From positions 1,922,001 to 1,986,000 of the forward strand of contig MU058714.1 in the NCBI GenBank assembly GCA_013265495.1: DNA of 64,000 nucleotides, given 5' to 3'. This DNA is from Vicugna vicugna. Taxonomy: Eukaryota. The first letter of the stretch is position 1; the number at the start of each line of letters is the position of its first letter. Position numbers and translations under genes: made by a program. Shown here in pieces: positions 47,813 to 60,522 of the stretch. The notes beneath the pieces were generated by a model. It did not search any database. It was not told the origin of the DNA and saw only the letters and a list, made by a program, of their open reading frames with translations.

Positions 47813-50800
47813 CAGCTTTTGTCCTGGGGCTGAGGGGGGACCCAACACTAGGCACCTTATCTTATGTTGGGGCCTCTCCCAGAGCCGAGGCTCCACACCC
47901 ACAGATGGGGAGGGGCAGGATATTCCAACACCAGGGTTTCGACAGAGGCCTGCAGGAGGGAAGTCAGGGCTAAGTACTGGGCACCACGCCTGGGATCCTC
48001 ACACGGGCTCCCTGGCCTCTCCTGGGAACAGGGCACAGGACGTGCAAAGGCACGGAGGCCTGGAGAAGAGCAGACAGGAGAGTCTCAGGAGCCTCTCGGC
48101 CTGGGCCTGCACCCAGGTCTCCACCTCCCCCAGCAGTGCAGTCCACACTTGGCCAGGCCGGCGGCTCCTCCCTGCGCCCCACATCCCGCCTCTGCCCACC
48201 TTGCCCTGTGCCTCCCCACATCTCAGCTTGAGTCCTGCCTGCCCCCTTCCCCTCCCCCCCAGGCCCATTTCCTCACCTGAGGCAGGTAGGGAGGCAAAAA
48301 GCTCCCGAGGGCATCATGGTGGGGGAAGTAGTGCCCCAGGGCGAGGCTGCCTGTCCTCAGAGCCTGTGTCCTAAGATGTTCCTCACTGGTCCTGCAGGTG
48401 CCCCACCCTCAACACCCTCCCTGCCCATCCAAGCAGCGCTCAGCTGAGGACAGGGGTGGGTGAGGTGAAGGGCAGCTTCCGGCTGAAGCTGGGCGGATGG
48501 ATATGGGTGCAGGAGGGGTGGGTGGGTGCATCCACATGGGAGCCCCGGCCTGGGCCTGACCCATCTGGCAGGATGATGGGGTGGGAGGGGGACGCCCCTA
48601 ACAGGTGAGCTTTCCAACCCTCCCCAGGGCGGTCAGGAGGGCGTCGGTGCCCACTTCACAGACAGGAGACAGAGGTTAGAGATCTCAGGGTGGGGCAGGG
48701 CAGCCTGCACGTCTCCCTCTCTACTGGGCTCCTTCACCCACCTTGACCATTTGCACATCTGCCCAGCCGGCCCCACTGACCTCGGGCTCTGAACGTTCTG
48801 GCGGCAGTAGCGACCCTGCTCAGTTCTGTCTCTCAGAGCCACGGGTGAGGTTGCTCGGCACCCAGGGGGGCTGCCCCCCGCCGGCCCCAGCCCCCATGCT
48901 GGGCCGGGGCTCCTAAGCTCCCAGGTGGGCCCCTCCCTCCAGTGCAGCTGCAGGGTCAGGAGGCGTGGACAGCTGGGCCAGGCCCTCTTGTGACCAGCCT
49001 TGGCCTGAGGAGCCGAGGCCAGCCAGGGTCCCTAGGGGAAAAACGACGGCCATCAGAGAGATCGCCTCCCAGGGCCCAAGCCAGGCCCCAGCTCACACTC
49101 CCCCCAAGTCACCCCAACCCCCACCAACACCCCGACCTCACACACAGACACCCCAGCCCCACCCACACCCTCACCCCCGTGCCCAGCACCAGCCCTGGGG
49201 GGTCGAGGGCCGGTGAGTCCAGCTGGGCCGGGCAGGGGTCTGGGCTCTGCAGCCTGCTTCTGCCTCTGCTCACAGCCTGGGCCAATCAAGTCGTTAATGT
49301 GTTTATTTTTCTGGAGCCTGAGCTGATTCGAGGAAAAGGAAAAGCTGAGGGGGAGGGGTCGGAGGGGAGGGGAGGGAGAGTGGCCTAGTTGGGGGAGGGG
49401 CCTGTGTCCCGCTGGCCTCAGTCATCTGGAAAGACAGCCTCCCCACCCTGAGTCTGTGGTGTGGCCCCAGGTATGGCTGTGACAGTCCCGCCTCCAGGTC
49501 ACTAAGGAGGGCAGGGGCAGGAGCCAGGACCCCAGGGCAAGCGGCCCTGGCAGGGCCAGAATGTCCATCCTGACTTGACTTTCTTCAAGCAATCTGGCCC
49601 GTGCGGACCCCGATTCTGAGCCTGGGGTGGTGGCAGCCCTGGCTGGGTGGCACAGGCAGCCTACGGTAGGATGGATACCCTGGCTGGGGCCTGGACTCCA
49701 GTGGGGCGGTGTCCATGGCCCCCTAGTGGGGCCTCTGCCTGGCTTCATCAGGCCCCCGGAGGTCCCCTGGCGCCCGAGATCTGGTCCTGAGTAGGAGCAG
49801 GAGACCTGTCCCCCGACCCGCCCTGAGGGGGCTGCTGCCGAGACCCTCAGAAGTCTCTCCAGGTTTCCAAGAACATTTTCAGAGGTAGCAGAGGAGCCTG
49901 GCTCCCATCCTCCGTCTGGGTGGAAAATGGAGATTGGATGTGGACAGGTGGCGGGACAGGTGGACATCCTGGCTCCACACCCATCCTCTCCTCTTGGGAA
50001 GGGCGGAGCCCAGGCCCCTCCCCAGGAGTTGTGCTGGCTGGGGACGGGGAGCACGTTCCAGGGCCTGGTGGGACCTGCAGCTGTGGCTTGGAACAACTGG
50101 AGGAATGGGAGTTCAGGAGATGGAAGGGAGGATGGGACAGGTGGGGGCACCTGGCAGGGGTGTGGTGGGCCTCGGGGGAGTGTGGGGCCAGGAGCAGGTT
50201 GGGTCACAAGGGAGAGTGTCTGGTTCTACCTCCCCTGGGATGGCTACACCCCCCTGGGCCACCCATCCTCTTCCCTTTCAGAAAAGGGCAGCCCGCGTTG
50301 GGGGACTGGCCCAGGGCCACCATGGGGGACCAGGCATCGGAATCAGATCCAGGGTGGGTGCCCCTGGTCTTCCTCGCCCCTCCCCTGCTCCGAGGAATTG
50401 CACCCACTCCTTCCCGCTATGCTCTGGGCTCCTGGTCCTGGAAAGTGGACTGAAGCTCCCGGGGGAGCTGGGGGTTGGTGGCTCAGAGCCCCTCTGGAAG
50501 TCCTCAGGGCATGGAGGATCCTGGCTCTCTCCTGCAGAGCCCTGGTCCAGGGGAGCCCTGGGGTGGGAGCCTTCCTCTATCAGCAAGTCGGTTACACTGC
50601 AGGCTTCACTCTGCCACTCTGCTCTGGTCTTTCTCCACACCCCGGCAAAGTACTGGAACAGTCTACTGGGGGTGGGGGTGGCTGGAAAGGCGGTGCCTGA
50701 TCAGTCTGCCCTCTGTCCCTGGGAGCGGGGAGCCCCCACTTCAGCTCCGGGTGGGACCCACACCCACAGAAGGCTATGCCTGAGGGGCTGTCCTCTCCCT

Positions 50801-52820
50801 CCTCTGGGCTCCTGCAGGACCACAGTGTGCCTGGCTAACCCCCAGCCCTCCTTCAGGACTCCTCCTCTTCTTGGGGGACAATGGTGGACCCCAGGCATCC
50901 CCTTAGATCGCTGGGTGGGGGCCCTCCCAGGGCTAAGCTCAGAGAAGACCCAGCCCTGGTCTGAAGGACACCAGGAGGGGCAGGAAGACAGCCACCCCAC
51001 GTCTGCCTCTCCTGGTTGGCTGCTCTGAGCTCGTCTATTTTGGGGTGGGGTTGGGGCAGGAGTGGTGGGTCAGAGGCCCAGGGTGGCACAGCTCCTACTC
51101 ACAGGGAAACTTGCATCTCTGGGGTGAGGGATGCCAGCTCCCAAGCCTCCCGCAGATGGCTAGGTGGTGGCAGGAAGGACCTGCTCAGGGCAGGGTGTGC
51201 ATGTAAATGATCTGAGGCCGGGGAGGCTGGGTGCCGCCCCCAGAGGCCCTGAGCGCCACCGCAGGTGAGGGGTGCCCTCCTGCAGCTCCGCCCTGCCCCC
51301 CTCAGATACCCTCCTGTGCTAGCACACCCCCACCTCTAGCAAGCCAGTGAGTGCCACTGGTGCCGTCAGCTGGGGTGCCCTCTGAAGCTGGGCCGAATCT
51401 TCCTTCCCAAGGGTCCCTTCAGACACCCAGGGTCCAGGCCACTCCGTGGGCTTCACCCCGGAGCCTCCACTGAGCTGCTGCCGGCGGCTTGGGCTGCACC
51501 TCTCACTTCCTCACGTGTGTGTGCTAGTGTGGTGGCATTTTTAGAGCCTGGGGTGAGGATGGTTGGGCTCCAGGCAGGGGCGGGGGCCAGACCCCACCCA
51601 GACTCTGTCAGTGCCTGGGGGCGGCTGGCGTCTCCCAGCATCTGAAAGAAAGAACAGGAGGCCTCAGTGGACTTGGTGTCCCAGAGAGGCTGGTCAGATG
51701 GTGAACTCTGGGCCAGGAGGCCAGCTCTGCCACCCTGCCCACCTCTTTACTGTGCCAAGGGGGTGGGCTGCCCCACAGACTCCTGGAGGTAGTATCCCCC
51801 CAGGGAGGCTCACTCTGTCACCCCATCCTGGATGAGCTGGGGTCTTTGTGATAAAGCCTCGAGTCACCAATGCCTGGCCTCCTGTAGTCCCAGGAGACTT
51901 GGGTGTCATTTCAAAGTTGGTGACGTGGGAAGCGGTCCTGTAGCTCCATGGCTGCTACCAAGTGGTGTCCTGGGCCCAGGCCACCTATGGCCACACTCCA
52001 CAGCACCTCCCCAAACCTCAGTTCTTTCCATGTTGCAGATGAGAAAAAGCACAATGTTTGAAGCACCGTGCCCGGCTGGTACTAGCCCTGATCAGTGTTC
52101 CCTTAGGTGAGGGTCTGGGGCTGTGGGTGTGGGGAGCAGCCTTGGGGCGCAGCTGGGCCAGCCAGGTTCTGGGAGCGTGAGGGGAAGGGCAGCGACTGTA
52201 TCTGGCTCCAAAGAGTGCCGAGCCACAGAGGGAAACGGAAGTCAGAGAGGATGACGGTCTTGCCCAAGATCACCCAGGCAGCGCGGGGGTGGGGGTGGGG
52301 GGCAGGCGCTGCTCTCCTACCTGGGAGAAGCCGCCGCCGCCCGCGCCCTGGAGGAAGCCAAGGTTTGGATGGGGGCGCTGATCCTAGGGGGCGAGAGAGG
52401 CCTGCTGGCCCCAGAGCTGAGGAGGGAGGCGGAAACCCCGCAGGGTCCGCGGACACTTTCACGGCGTGGGGTGCGGCTGTGTGCGCGCCCCCACCTGTCG
52501 GAGGGCTCTGCCCGGGCGTGGGAGGCGAGGGAGTCACTGTCCCAGAGGACGCGGGACCCGGTCGCGCTCCCATCAATCCGGGGCAGAGGGAGGCGAGCGC
52601 GCAGAGTGGGAGATGGAGGGGCTGGAGGGGCCGCGCGCCCAGGCTCCCAGCGCAGCATCAGGGGCTGGCGAGGTCGGGGGCGGGTCTGAGGGCGCGGGGG
52701 CGCGGGGCTGGCAGGGCGAGAAGGCACGGCTCCCGCCGGGGTCCGCGCCGTCGGGGAGCGCTGGGGCGCCACTCCGGCGGGGTCCGGGCGGGGCGGACAG
52801 GGGCGGCGCCAGGCAGCAGT

Positions 52821-52839
52821 GACGTGCACGGGGGACGTG
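52821..52839 (+). promoter_or_regulatory. Tandem hypoxia-response elements (GACGTG at 52821 and 52834)
   Basis: Two RCGTG cores 13 nt apart just upstream of the probable first exon; MCT4 is an established HIF-1 target. Confidence 0.65.
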
Positions 52840-52859
52840 CCTCGCGAGCGACCGGAGCC

Positions 52860-52931
52860 CTGAGTCGCCCCCGGCTCGGCGCCCGGCAGCGAGGAGGGCA
52901 GAGGCCGGCGGCGGCGGCGCAGCGGCGGCAG
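52860..52931 (+). other. SLC16A3: Probable SLC16A3 non-coding exon 1a (start approximate)
   Basis: GGC-repeat leader ending at donor CAG|GTAGGC after 52931. Confidence 0.6.
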
Positions 52932-53059
52932 GTAGGCGCGGCCCGGATGCTCGGCGGGCCGGGGGCTGGGACCTGCGAGCCGCCGGGGCGCTGGGTGTGC
53001 TCCCGGCGTGGGGACGGCCCCCGGGTCCGCGCTTTTGCTCCTCGCCTCTTCCCATCCTG

Positions 53060-53111
53060 GGCTGGGGGCGCTCCGGGCACAGACGAGCCCCCCGACCCCC
53101 GGCGGCCCCCG
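53060..53111 (+). other. SLC16A3: Candidate alternative SLC16A3 first exon 1b (start approximate)
   Basis: Strong donor CCG|GTAAGG after 53111 within the CpG island. Confidence 0.4.
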
Positions 53112-56100
53112 GTAAGGGGCCTGGGAAGCTAGCCGCACCCCTTCATGCCCTCGGATCCAGGCCGGGCCGGACCGCACGACCTCGACTTCCCCGCCTCGTC
53201 CGGGGGCCTCTCCGTCGGATGACCCTCGGGGGCTGGGCTCTGGCCAGTAGGCAGCTCCGCCGGGAGGCCAAGCCGTGTCCCGGGTATAAATAGCTTGGTC
53301 CGCGGCTAGCGGCGGGGGTGCACCGGCTATATTTGGTGGGGCTAACGCCCGGGCCAAGCCCCCTTACCGAAGGAGCGAGGAGCACGTGCGCTCTGGGACC
53401 AGCGGCGCCGAGCTGGTGGTACCCAAGGGCGGTCCTCTCCCTCATCTCCTCCCGGTTCTCACCGCTGTCCTAAACACTAATCCACACACGCCCTGGGGCG
53501 ACGGCTTCCGGTCCAGACAGGGAGGCGGGGAGTCCCCTCCCCGGGATCAGACTGGACTCCCCGAGCTCGCGTTACTCCCATCCCATGCCCATAGCCCTGG
53601 GCAAACGAGTTGGGGGCCTCAGGGGCCTTGGTTTACTCACCTGAAAAGTGGGCCGGCAGCTCACCTAGCTGGGTGAGGTCGGCAGGCATGGCAGTGGAAG
53701 GGAGGCAGTCGGGGTCATGGCCACTTGTGGGGAGGGGGGTGCCTGGAGTCTGGGTGAGGGATGAACAGAGTGCTTCTCTGTCCAGACGCACTGAGCTGCA
53801 CATCCAGAGGGGCCTGGGCTGCCCGGATAATTCTGCGATGACTGTGGCCAGGCTGAGTGGTCTGAGGGACAGCAGATGACAGCTGGACCCACTGCCTCAG
53901 GCAACCCAGGCCACAGGCGCTTCTCCAAAGCCAAGAGCAGGGGTGAGTGGCGGGTGGGTTTAGGAGCCTTTGCCTCATTCTGAAGGCCCAAGGGTCTTTG
54001 GGGGTCAGGTAGGTGCTAGGAGGACAGGGGCAGATGCTAGAGTGTCCTGGAGGGTGAACTGGGCCCCCGTGGGCCCAGCAGTTGAAGAGTTGCTCCCACG
54101 GTGGGAGGTCTGCCCCTAAGAGGCCCTGAGGGCATGCGTGGCAGTGCCCAGGAGGGTGTGGAGCCTTCCTGCCCAGCAGTCTGTGGTGAAGGCAGAGCCT
54201 GGGGTGGACACTGAGGCCTGGTCCTAAGGCAGGCTCTGAAACAACCCCGTGTGACCTTGGGCAGGGCCTAAACCCAGGAGGCAACCTGGCTGTCACCCAT
54301 TCCAGCTGGATACCTCAGTTTGGAAGGCAGCTTCGGGGCGGGGTGGGAGGAGATTCATGCTCTCCAGGACACTGGCCAGGGAGTGTGTGTGGAGGGCGGC
54401 CTGTGGGGTCCCACACACTGACTGGTGATGTCCCTCTGACAAGGCTGACTTGCTCCAAGGCAGTCCTCACGGTGACCTGGTGGGCTTGAAGGGGCCCGGT
54501 GCCGCCCCTTAGAGGTGAGGAGCCTCATAGAGTGACCTGGGGGGCCCTGGCTGGCCCTTCTAGAAGTGGCCAGTGGAGAAGAGGGCTGTGTCTAGCCATC
54601 AAGTCCTAGCAGGGGCCTCCTGATCTGGCCTCCATGCGCCCGGTACTGGGCCCGGAGGTAAGGGCGCGGCGGGATCAGACAGGGCCTGGGGCTCCCCGGG
54701 GCTTTGCGTTGGCCAGTGCAGACCTTCCGACATCAGTCTCCATCTATGAAATGGGCCAGGCAGGGAAGCGGGTCCCCGAGACCTAGAGTTCTCAGTCAGT
54801 GTTTGGAGCCCCGCCCACCTGGCCCGGCCCCAACGGAGGAAAAATGAAGCGGGTCCGGTCATGGGGGAGCCGCGGGGCCCCCTTCGGCAAGCGGGGATGC
54901 CCAGCGCGGCTCCGGATCTTGCTGACCCCGGCGGCCCCGAGCGTGGAATGTGCGCTCCGGTCAATACGGTAGCCGACGAGGAAGGCGCCTACTCCAGGCA
55001 ATACGGCGGCGGCTCCTCCCTTGGCGCGGTCACGTCCCCCACGTCCCGTGCACGGCAGGCAGAGGAGCAGGGCCGGGGCGGGGCCCGCAGAGCATCCTCC
55101 CTTCCCCTCCGCCGGGCGGGGTCGGCCCGACCCCCACCTGCCCATCCGGAAGCTGGAGCGGGAAGGAGCGGCCTTCCTATTCTCTCCAGCGCGGAGGGGG
55201 TGGGGGGGTAGAGGGTGGGTGGACTCCACGTTCCACGTTCCCTACCCGGCCTTCCTGCCTCCCCAGCCACCTCCGCCCACTGGCCCTTGAGGCCCCGTTG
55301 GTGGTGTCGGGAGCTGGGGGCCCGGATTTGGCGGGGCTGGCGGGGCTTGCTGACACAGAGACCACCTCTGGGCCTTGGTCTTAGGTCACAGGCTTTGGGG
55401 GTGGGGGCTGCAGGGAGTTGAGGAATGGGACAAGGTGGCTACGTGGATGGGCAGCCTCCAGGCCTGGAGGAGGTGGCTTGGGCCCCCTCCTGCCCCTCCT
55501 CACTGCTCTCTGAACTTTCTATAGGAGGAGCTGAGACTTGGTTAGCACAGAGACGCCCCAGAGCCATCCTCCAGTGACCTCCTCTTGGTCATAACGTGGT
55601 GACGGTGGTGCAGAGCGAATGCCTCAGAGCGAGGACTCAGAGCGAGGGGCAGGCCTGGGGCGCAGTGTCCACTTTGGTGAATGAGGCCACTGTTTCCACC
55701 CCACCAGCCCCTGCAGGAAGACGCAGCCCACCTGAGAGCTCCCAGGGGCACTGCGCATGCACTAGAGAGCTGCGTGGTCAGTGGAGGTGGGGTGGAGGGC
55801 TCAGGCCGGACTTAGCAGGCCTGATCAGGCTTGGGGCAGACCCTCACCCACTGCACCCCTCCCACCTCCCCAGAAAAAGCCCCAGGCACCTCCCTCCAGT
55901 CACAGCTCCAAACACAGGTCTGGGCAGGGCTGAGGTGAGCATCTGGAGTCCTTTCCCCTCCTTTGAAGGGGACAGGCACTCTGACCAGAGGTGCCTTCTG
56001 AGATCTGCTGGCTACCTGCTTGCACAACGGGGTAGTGGGGGAAGGAAGAAGGGGAGCCCTCCTCCCTCCTGTGGGTGCAGCACCCCCTTGCCCGTCAGCC

Positions 56101-58049
56101 ACCCCCATGGGCTTCAGGGGCCTTAGGCCCTGAGGAGCCAGGTGCTAGCCACCCTGGGCTGTTTCCCTAGTGCTCAGGTGTGTCTCCCGGGCCTCCTGGT
56201 GCGAGAATAGGAAGGACTGTGACTGCCCCTTTCCTGCCCCACCCGCCCAGGAGCTGGTCTCCGAGGACTAGAAGCCTAGTGAGGTAACTGGCCAGCCCCC
56301 CCAGAAGGCACACCGACTACGCCCTGGGGACAGGCCGCCGGGACTAGGGCTGGGGGCCCCCACACTAGACTCCACGCGTTCATGGCCTGCTCTGGGGACT
56401 GCCAGGCCACAGACCCTGGACCCAGGGTGGGTGAGGGGACTGCTAGTACAGAGGCCTAACAGGGTGCATGCCAGGGTGCGCCAGGGCAGCAGTGGGCCTG
56501 TGGCTGCATCAGAGTGGCTGGTGGGGGGACTTCCTGGGAGGTGGTGAGGCCAACAGGACGCAGAGGTCATGGCTCTGAGGTGGGGGTGGGAGAGGTCAGG
56601 TTGGGAGCATGGTATGAGGTTTGCACTAGCCCTCTGGGTGGAGATGGGGGGTGGGGGTGAGGCCGGACACAGTGGGCACCAAGATGGCATTTGAAACCGC
56701 GTGAGTGCAGGCAGAGAAGGGGGCACTGGGGAGACGGGTGATGTAGGAGAAGCTGGAGCCTGACCCCAGCTTGGGTGCTCACCCCGGTGGGCCTGAGGGA
56801 GCAGCTGGTAGGAGACCCTGATTTGGGAGGGACCCGGTGCACGCTCCGCCTCAGGCCTTCCTCTGCTCGGCTTTCGGCTGCCAGGACCGGGGTGGGGGGG
56901 CAGCCCCTGGAGCCTTACCTGACCCAGAAGCGGGCACGCGCACCCCACCTTCAAGATCAGCTTTCTGAGGCCCAGAGGGCGGGTTATTTCTGGGCTGGGG
57001 ACGTGGTTTGCGTGCTTCCCTGGGAGAGTAAATGTCACTGAAAGGACAGCCGGCCGGCATGTGCCCACAGATGTGCTGGTGCCACCTCCCTCTGCATCGC
57101 ACCGAGTCCCCGACCAGCCCGCGGGAGGCTGCTCCTCCGGCCCTGGGTTTTCCTGCAGCCATCTGACTGTCGGGCAGCCTGTGCCTGAGCCGGCCTCCTC
57201 TGCAGGGCGGACTGGGCTGAGGAGGCCACTTTGCTCTTGTGAATCCCAGTCCCTTCCCAACTCCCCCTGCTGGGCAGAATCCTTTTGCCCCAAACCCAGG
57301 CCCGCGCCCGCCTGCCCTGCACTCCACCCTCCATCCTCTCTTCCTTGCTTGCCCAACCCCTCCCTCTACTGGCTGAGAAACCTCACTCTGAGGACCGGCT
57401 GGTGCCAGGAACCAGGATGGGCGCCATTTCAGTGTGCCTGGCACCCGGGCTGGGGAATTAGCTGGCAGACAGCAGTGTGTGAAGAGCCTCTGGGGCCTTC
57501 AGGAGCTGGCGGGAGGGATGACCCCGCTGGGCCTCGGTTCAGGCACAGAAGGTGGCCCCCTCCCTGCAGGAGCCTCACATGGCAGCTCCTGGGCTCACAC
57601 AGGACCGCGGACACGCTGGACCCGCCTGATCTCTGGGCCTGGGCGCCCTCCCAGGCGCTAGTTCTCCTGAGGGGCCTGGCGGGCAGAGAACGGGCCTCAA
57701 AGGCTGGGGCACCAGGCACGGCTGCTGCAGCCAGCGAGGTCCCTGGGCGGGCCTCAGGCCTCATCTGTTCTCGGGGTGTCGGAGTTGGGCTGCAGCTGCC
57801 TGGCCCACACACTCCCCCCGTGGCGTCCGCGTGGCCGCTTGACTCACCTTAAGTGGTGCTGCTGCGTCACAGTGTGTTCCTGTTCCCAAGTTATACTTAC
57901 TTTTTTTTAAGTCACCCTGCTGCGCCTGCCTCGGTGCCCCCACCCGGTGAGTCTGGCTGCGGCTGACACTTGCCCACGTGTCCTGTCCCGGGCTCGGGCA
58001 TGTGGCTGCGCAGTCAGAGGCTGGGCCCTGGAGGAGCGCCTGGGGTGGG

Positions 58050-58894
58050 CCACGCTGAAGCTGGGCTCAGACTGTCCGGGTGCAGAGGAACCCTGTCCTC
58101 ACTGCAGACTCCTGCTCCAGGTTCTGTGCACCTCCGGGGCAGAAGTGGCCGCCCAGGGGCTGTGCCAGGTCCCGCGTCTGCCCGCACAGCTGCAGGCACT
58201 GGGCTCCCTTGGCTGGGGCATCCCTGTGCACCTTCCAGCCGTGTTTCCAGACAGCTGCCCAGCCCTTGGCCCCAGACGCACCCTCCATTCTGCTCACTGA
58301 AGTCCAGGAGCCGTCCGAGCACCGGGGCAAAGTGCTTGGAAAGCACTGGGGTCTGGGTGCCAGGAGAAGCAACGGCTTCTCTTGGTTTTCCCGAGAGTGG
58401 CCCTGCGGCCCTGGTCCAGCTGGGAACCAGTGCAGGCTCTGAAGGTGGACCTCTGGCCCAACCTGGGGGGGTGGGCAGGGCCGCGGTTCTGCTCCGGGGG
58501 GCTGGGTCTGCCGTGCCAGCACCCTGATAGCCAGCTGGCTCCTGGGGGTCCGGCCACCAAATGGTGTCACAGACAGCAGCCGCTGCTCGGAGCCCCCTAG
58601 GAAGCCCTTAAAAACACCCTCCCCAACACGCCTGCCAAGTCAGAGCCCGGATCCCCAGAGGCCACTGAATCAGGACCCCAGAGAGCGTAGCACCTGTGGC
58701 CGGGATGCTGGGGGGCAGGCTGGAGGCGGGGGTTGATGTGGTGTGTTACTCTCCGCATTCTTTTGCCCTCCACGCTGGGAAGCTCTGCTCAGACTAGCCA
58801 GGCACAGAGGCCTTTGTCCTCGCTGCAGACTCCTGTCCCAGGTTCTGTGTGTGCCTCTGATGCAGAAGTGGCCACCCAGGGGGCTGTGCCAGGT
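58050..58894 (+). repeat. Dispersed direct repeat of about 120 nt (58050-58170 and 58770-58894)
   Basis: Collinear shared blocks CCACGCTG, GCTCAGACT, CTGCAGACTCCTG, CCAGGTTCTGTG, GCAGAAGTGGCC, GGGGCTGTGCCAGGT. Confidence 0.8.
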
Positions 58895-60299
58895 TAAGAC
58901 GGATCCGAGGAAAAGGGGTGGGGGTGGAGCCAGGACTGATTATGAAACCCGGGTGGGCGGGCTGGTAGGAAGGGGGCTGTCGGCGCCACTCGCCCCAGCG
59001 CTCCTGCTCAGAGTTCTCTGGCGTCCGTGCAGGTGGACACTCACACCGCATTTCAGAGAGCTCGTTTCTAGGCCACTGCCAGCAGTGGGAAAAGACAGAG
59101 CTTCAGTGGGCCGCGAGCTGCTGGGTCCAAGAAGGCGCGGGCCTCGGGGCAGCTCTCCCCTCCCAGCGCCTGCAGCGAGGAGTCTCTCCTCCGGACAGCT
59201 TCTGTCAGGTGAGGTGGGGGACCAGGCCACCAGGCTGATCTCTGACATTGGGGATTTCTAGAGCTAGGATCAGGGAGGGTTGAGTGGTCTCTAGATGGAA
59301 ACCTGGCCATAGCATTTCAAGTTACTGTGCCTCAAATGAGCTGAGTTCCTGGGGTTTAAGAGGGAAGTCGGCCCTGGGCCTTGGCGATGGGGTGGGGGCC
59401 GTGGGCTGGCAGTGGGTGTGGCCAGCTCCCTCTTCCTCTCTGCAGCCTGGGGGCTGGAGTGCTTCGCTCCAGTGGCTGGCTTTCTTGTCAGGGGAGTTAA
59501 ACTCCTGCAGGTGACTTCTACCTGGGCTGGCCCTGCAGGTCCCTGAACTGCACGGAGGGGAGGCTGGGCCTCTCCCAGAGGAGCTGGGTGGGTAACAACG
59601 GTGGGGACAGTCAGGGCCTGCACGCTGGGCAGGGGCCCCCATCCCCGCTCCCCACCTGCTCCTCCCCGCTGGCAGCCCCCACTCCATCCCCACAGGCATA
59701 GCCTGCGTGAGCCTCTTCAGATGCTCACTGTTCTGCCGTGTGATCAGTGGACAGGATGGGAAGCCCTGCCCTCCCTGGGGTGGAGGAGCAAGGCTGGCCA
59801 CCATCTAGATAGAGGACTCTGGGGACACCAGCCTAGATCGGCCCCAGGTCCCCACCAGGGCAGCTTCACTGCCTGAGGAGCTGCGAGGTGCTGGCCGTGG
59901 TGGGACGCCGGGTCAGGCGGGAGGCGGGAGCAAGCTGGCTCCTCTGCTGGGGTCTGCCCTCCTCAGGAGGTAACCTGAGCCCTGGCTGAGCCCAAAAAAG
60001 CCACTGCCCTTTAGAGCCAGCTGCATGGGAGCAGGCCAGGCCTGAGCAGAGGAGGGAGGAGGGGCCGCAGTTGCTGGTCACCCCAGACCCTCCTGCCCTG
60101 TGCCCAGTGCCCAGCACAGGTGAGGCCCAGAGGCAGGGGCAGCTGGCCTGGCCCAGGGCTGAGCTCCTGCTGGGGGCGGAGGCCTGAAGGGAGGGGTGGC
60201 CGGCCTTCAGGTGCGCCTCTGTCCCTGCAATGCCGGGCTGGCTGGTCCTGACAGCCTGGCTTCCTCTTTCTCAGGGACGCGGAACCTGCCCTCCTGGCC

Positions 60300-60522
60300 A
60301 TGGGAGGGGCCGTGGTCGACGAGGGCCCGACAGGCATCAAGGCCCCCGATGGGGGCTGGGGCTGGGCCGTCCTCTGGGGCTGTTTCGTCATCACGGGCTT
60401 CTCCTACGCCTTCCCCAAGGCGGTCAGTGTCTTCTTCAAGGAACTCATGCGTGAGTTTGGGATTGGCTACAGCGACTCGGCCTGGATCTCCTCCATCTTG
60501 CTGGCCATGTTGTACGGGACAG
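60300..60522 (+). CDS. SLC16A3: SLC16A3/MCT4 coding exon 1 ([24 protein letters not shown]...MLYGT)
   Basis: MCT family motif PDGGWGW and FSYAFPK. Kozak gccATGG; acceptor ttcctctttctcag before 60275; donor AG|GTGAGG; 223 coding nt. Confidence 0.97.

Larger units (their letters stand above)
52300..53420. promoter_or_regulatory. SLC16A3: CpG island / SLC16A3 main promoter
   Basis: Dense CpG and multiple GGGCGG boxes (e.g. about 52784-52806), about 7 kb upstream of the coding exons. Confidence 0.85.

Noticed and set aside
49349-49377. G-quadruplex-like G-run cluster
   Set aside because: Such runs are frequent across this window and nothing else marks this one as functional.
49422-51028. Cluster of 257-364 aa ORFs upstream of SLC16A3
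   Set aside because: No protein-family signature or splice-consistent structure; composition explains them.
52107-53357. 341-aa and 346-aa ORFs over the SLC16A3 island
   Set aside because: CpG-island shadow ORFs on both strands.
56268-57356. 362-aa minus-strand ORF in SLC16A3 intron 1
   Set aside because: Pro/Gly/Ser-rich, no homology recognised, no promoter or poly(A) support.
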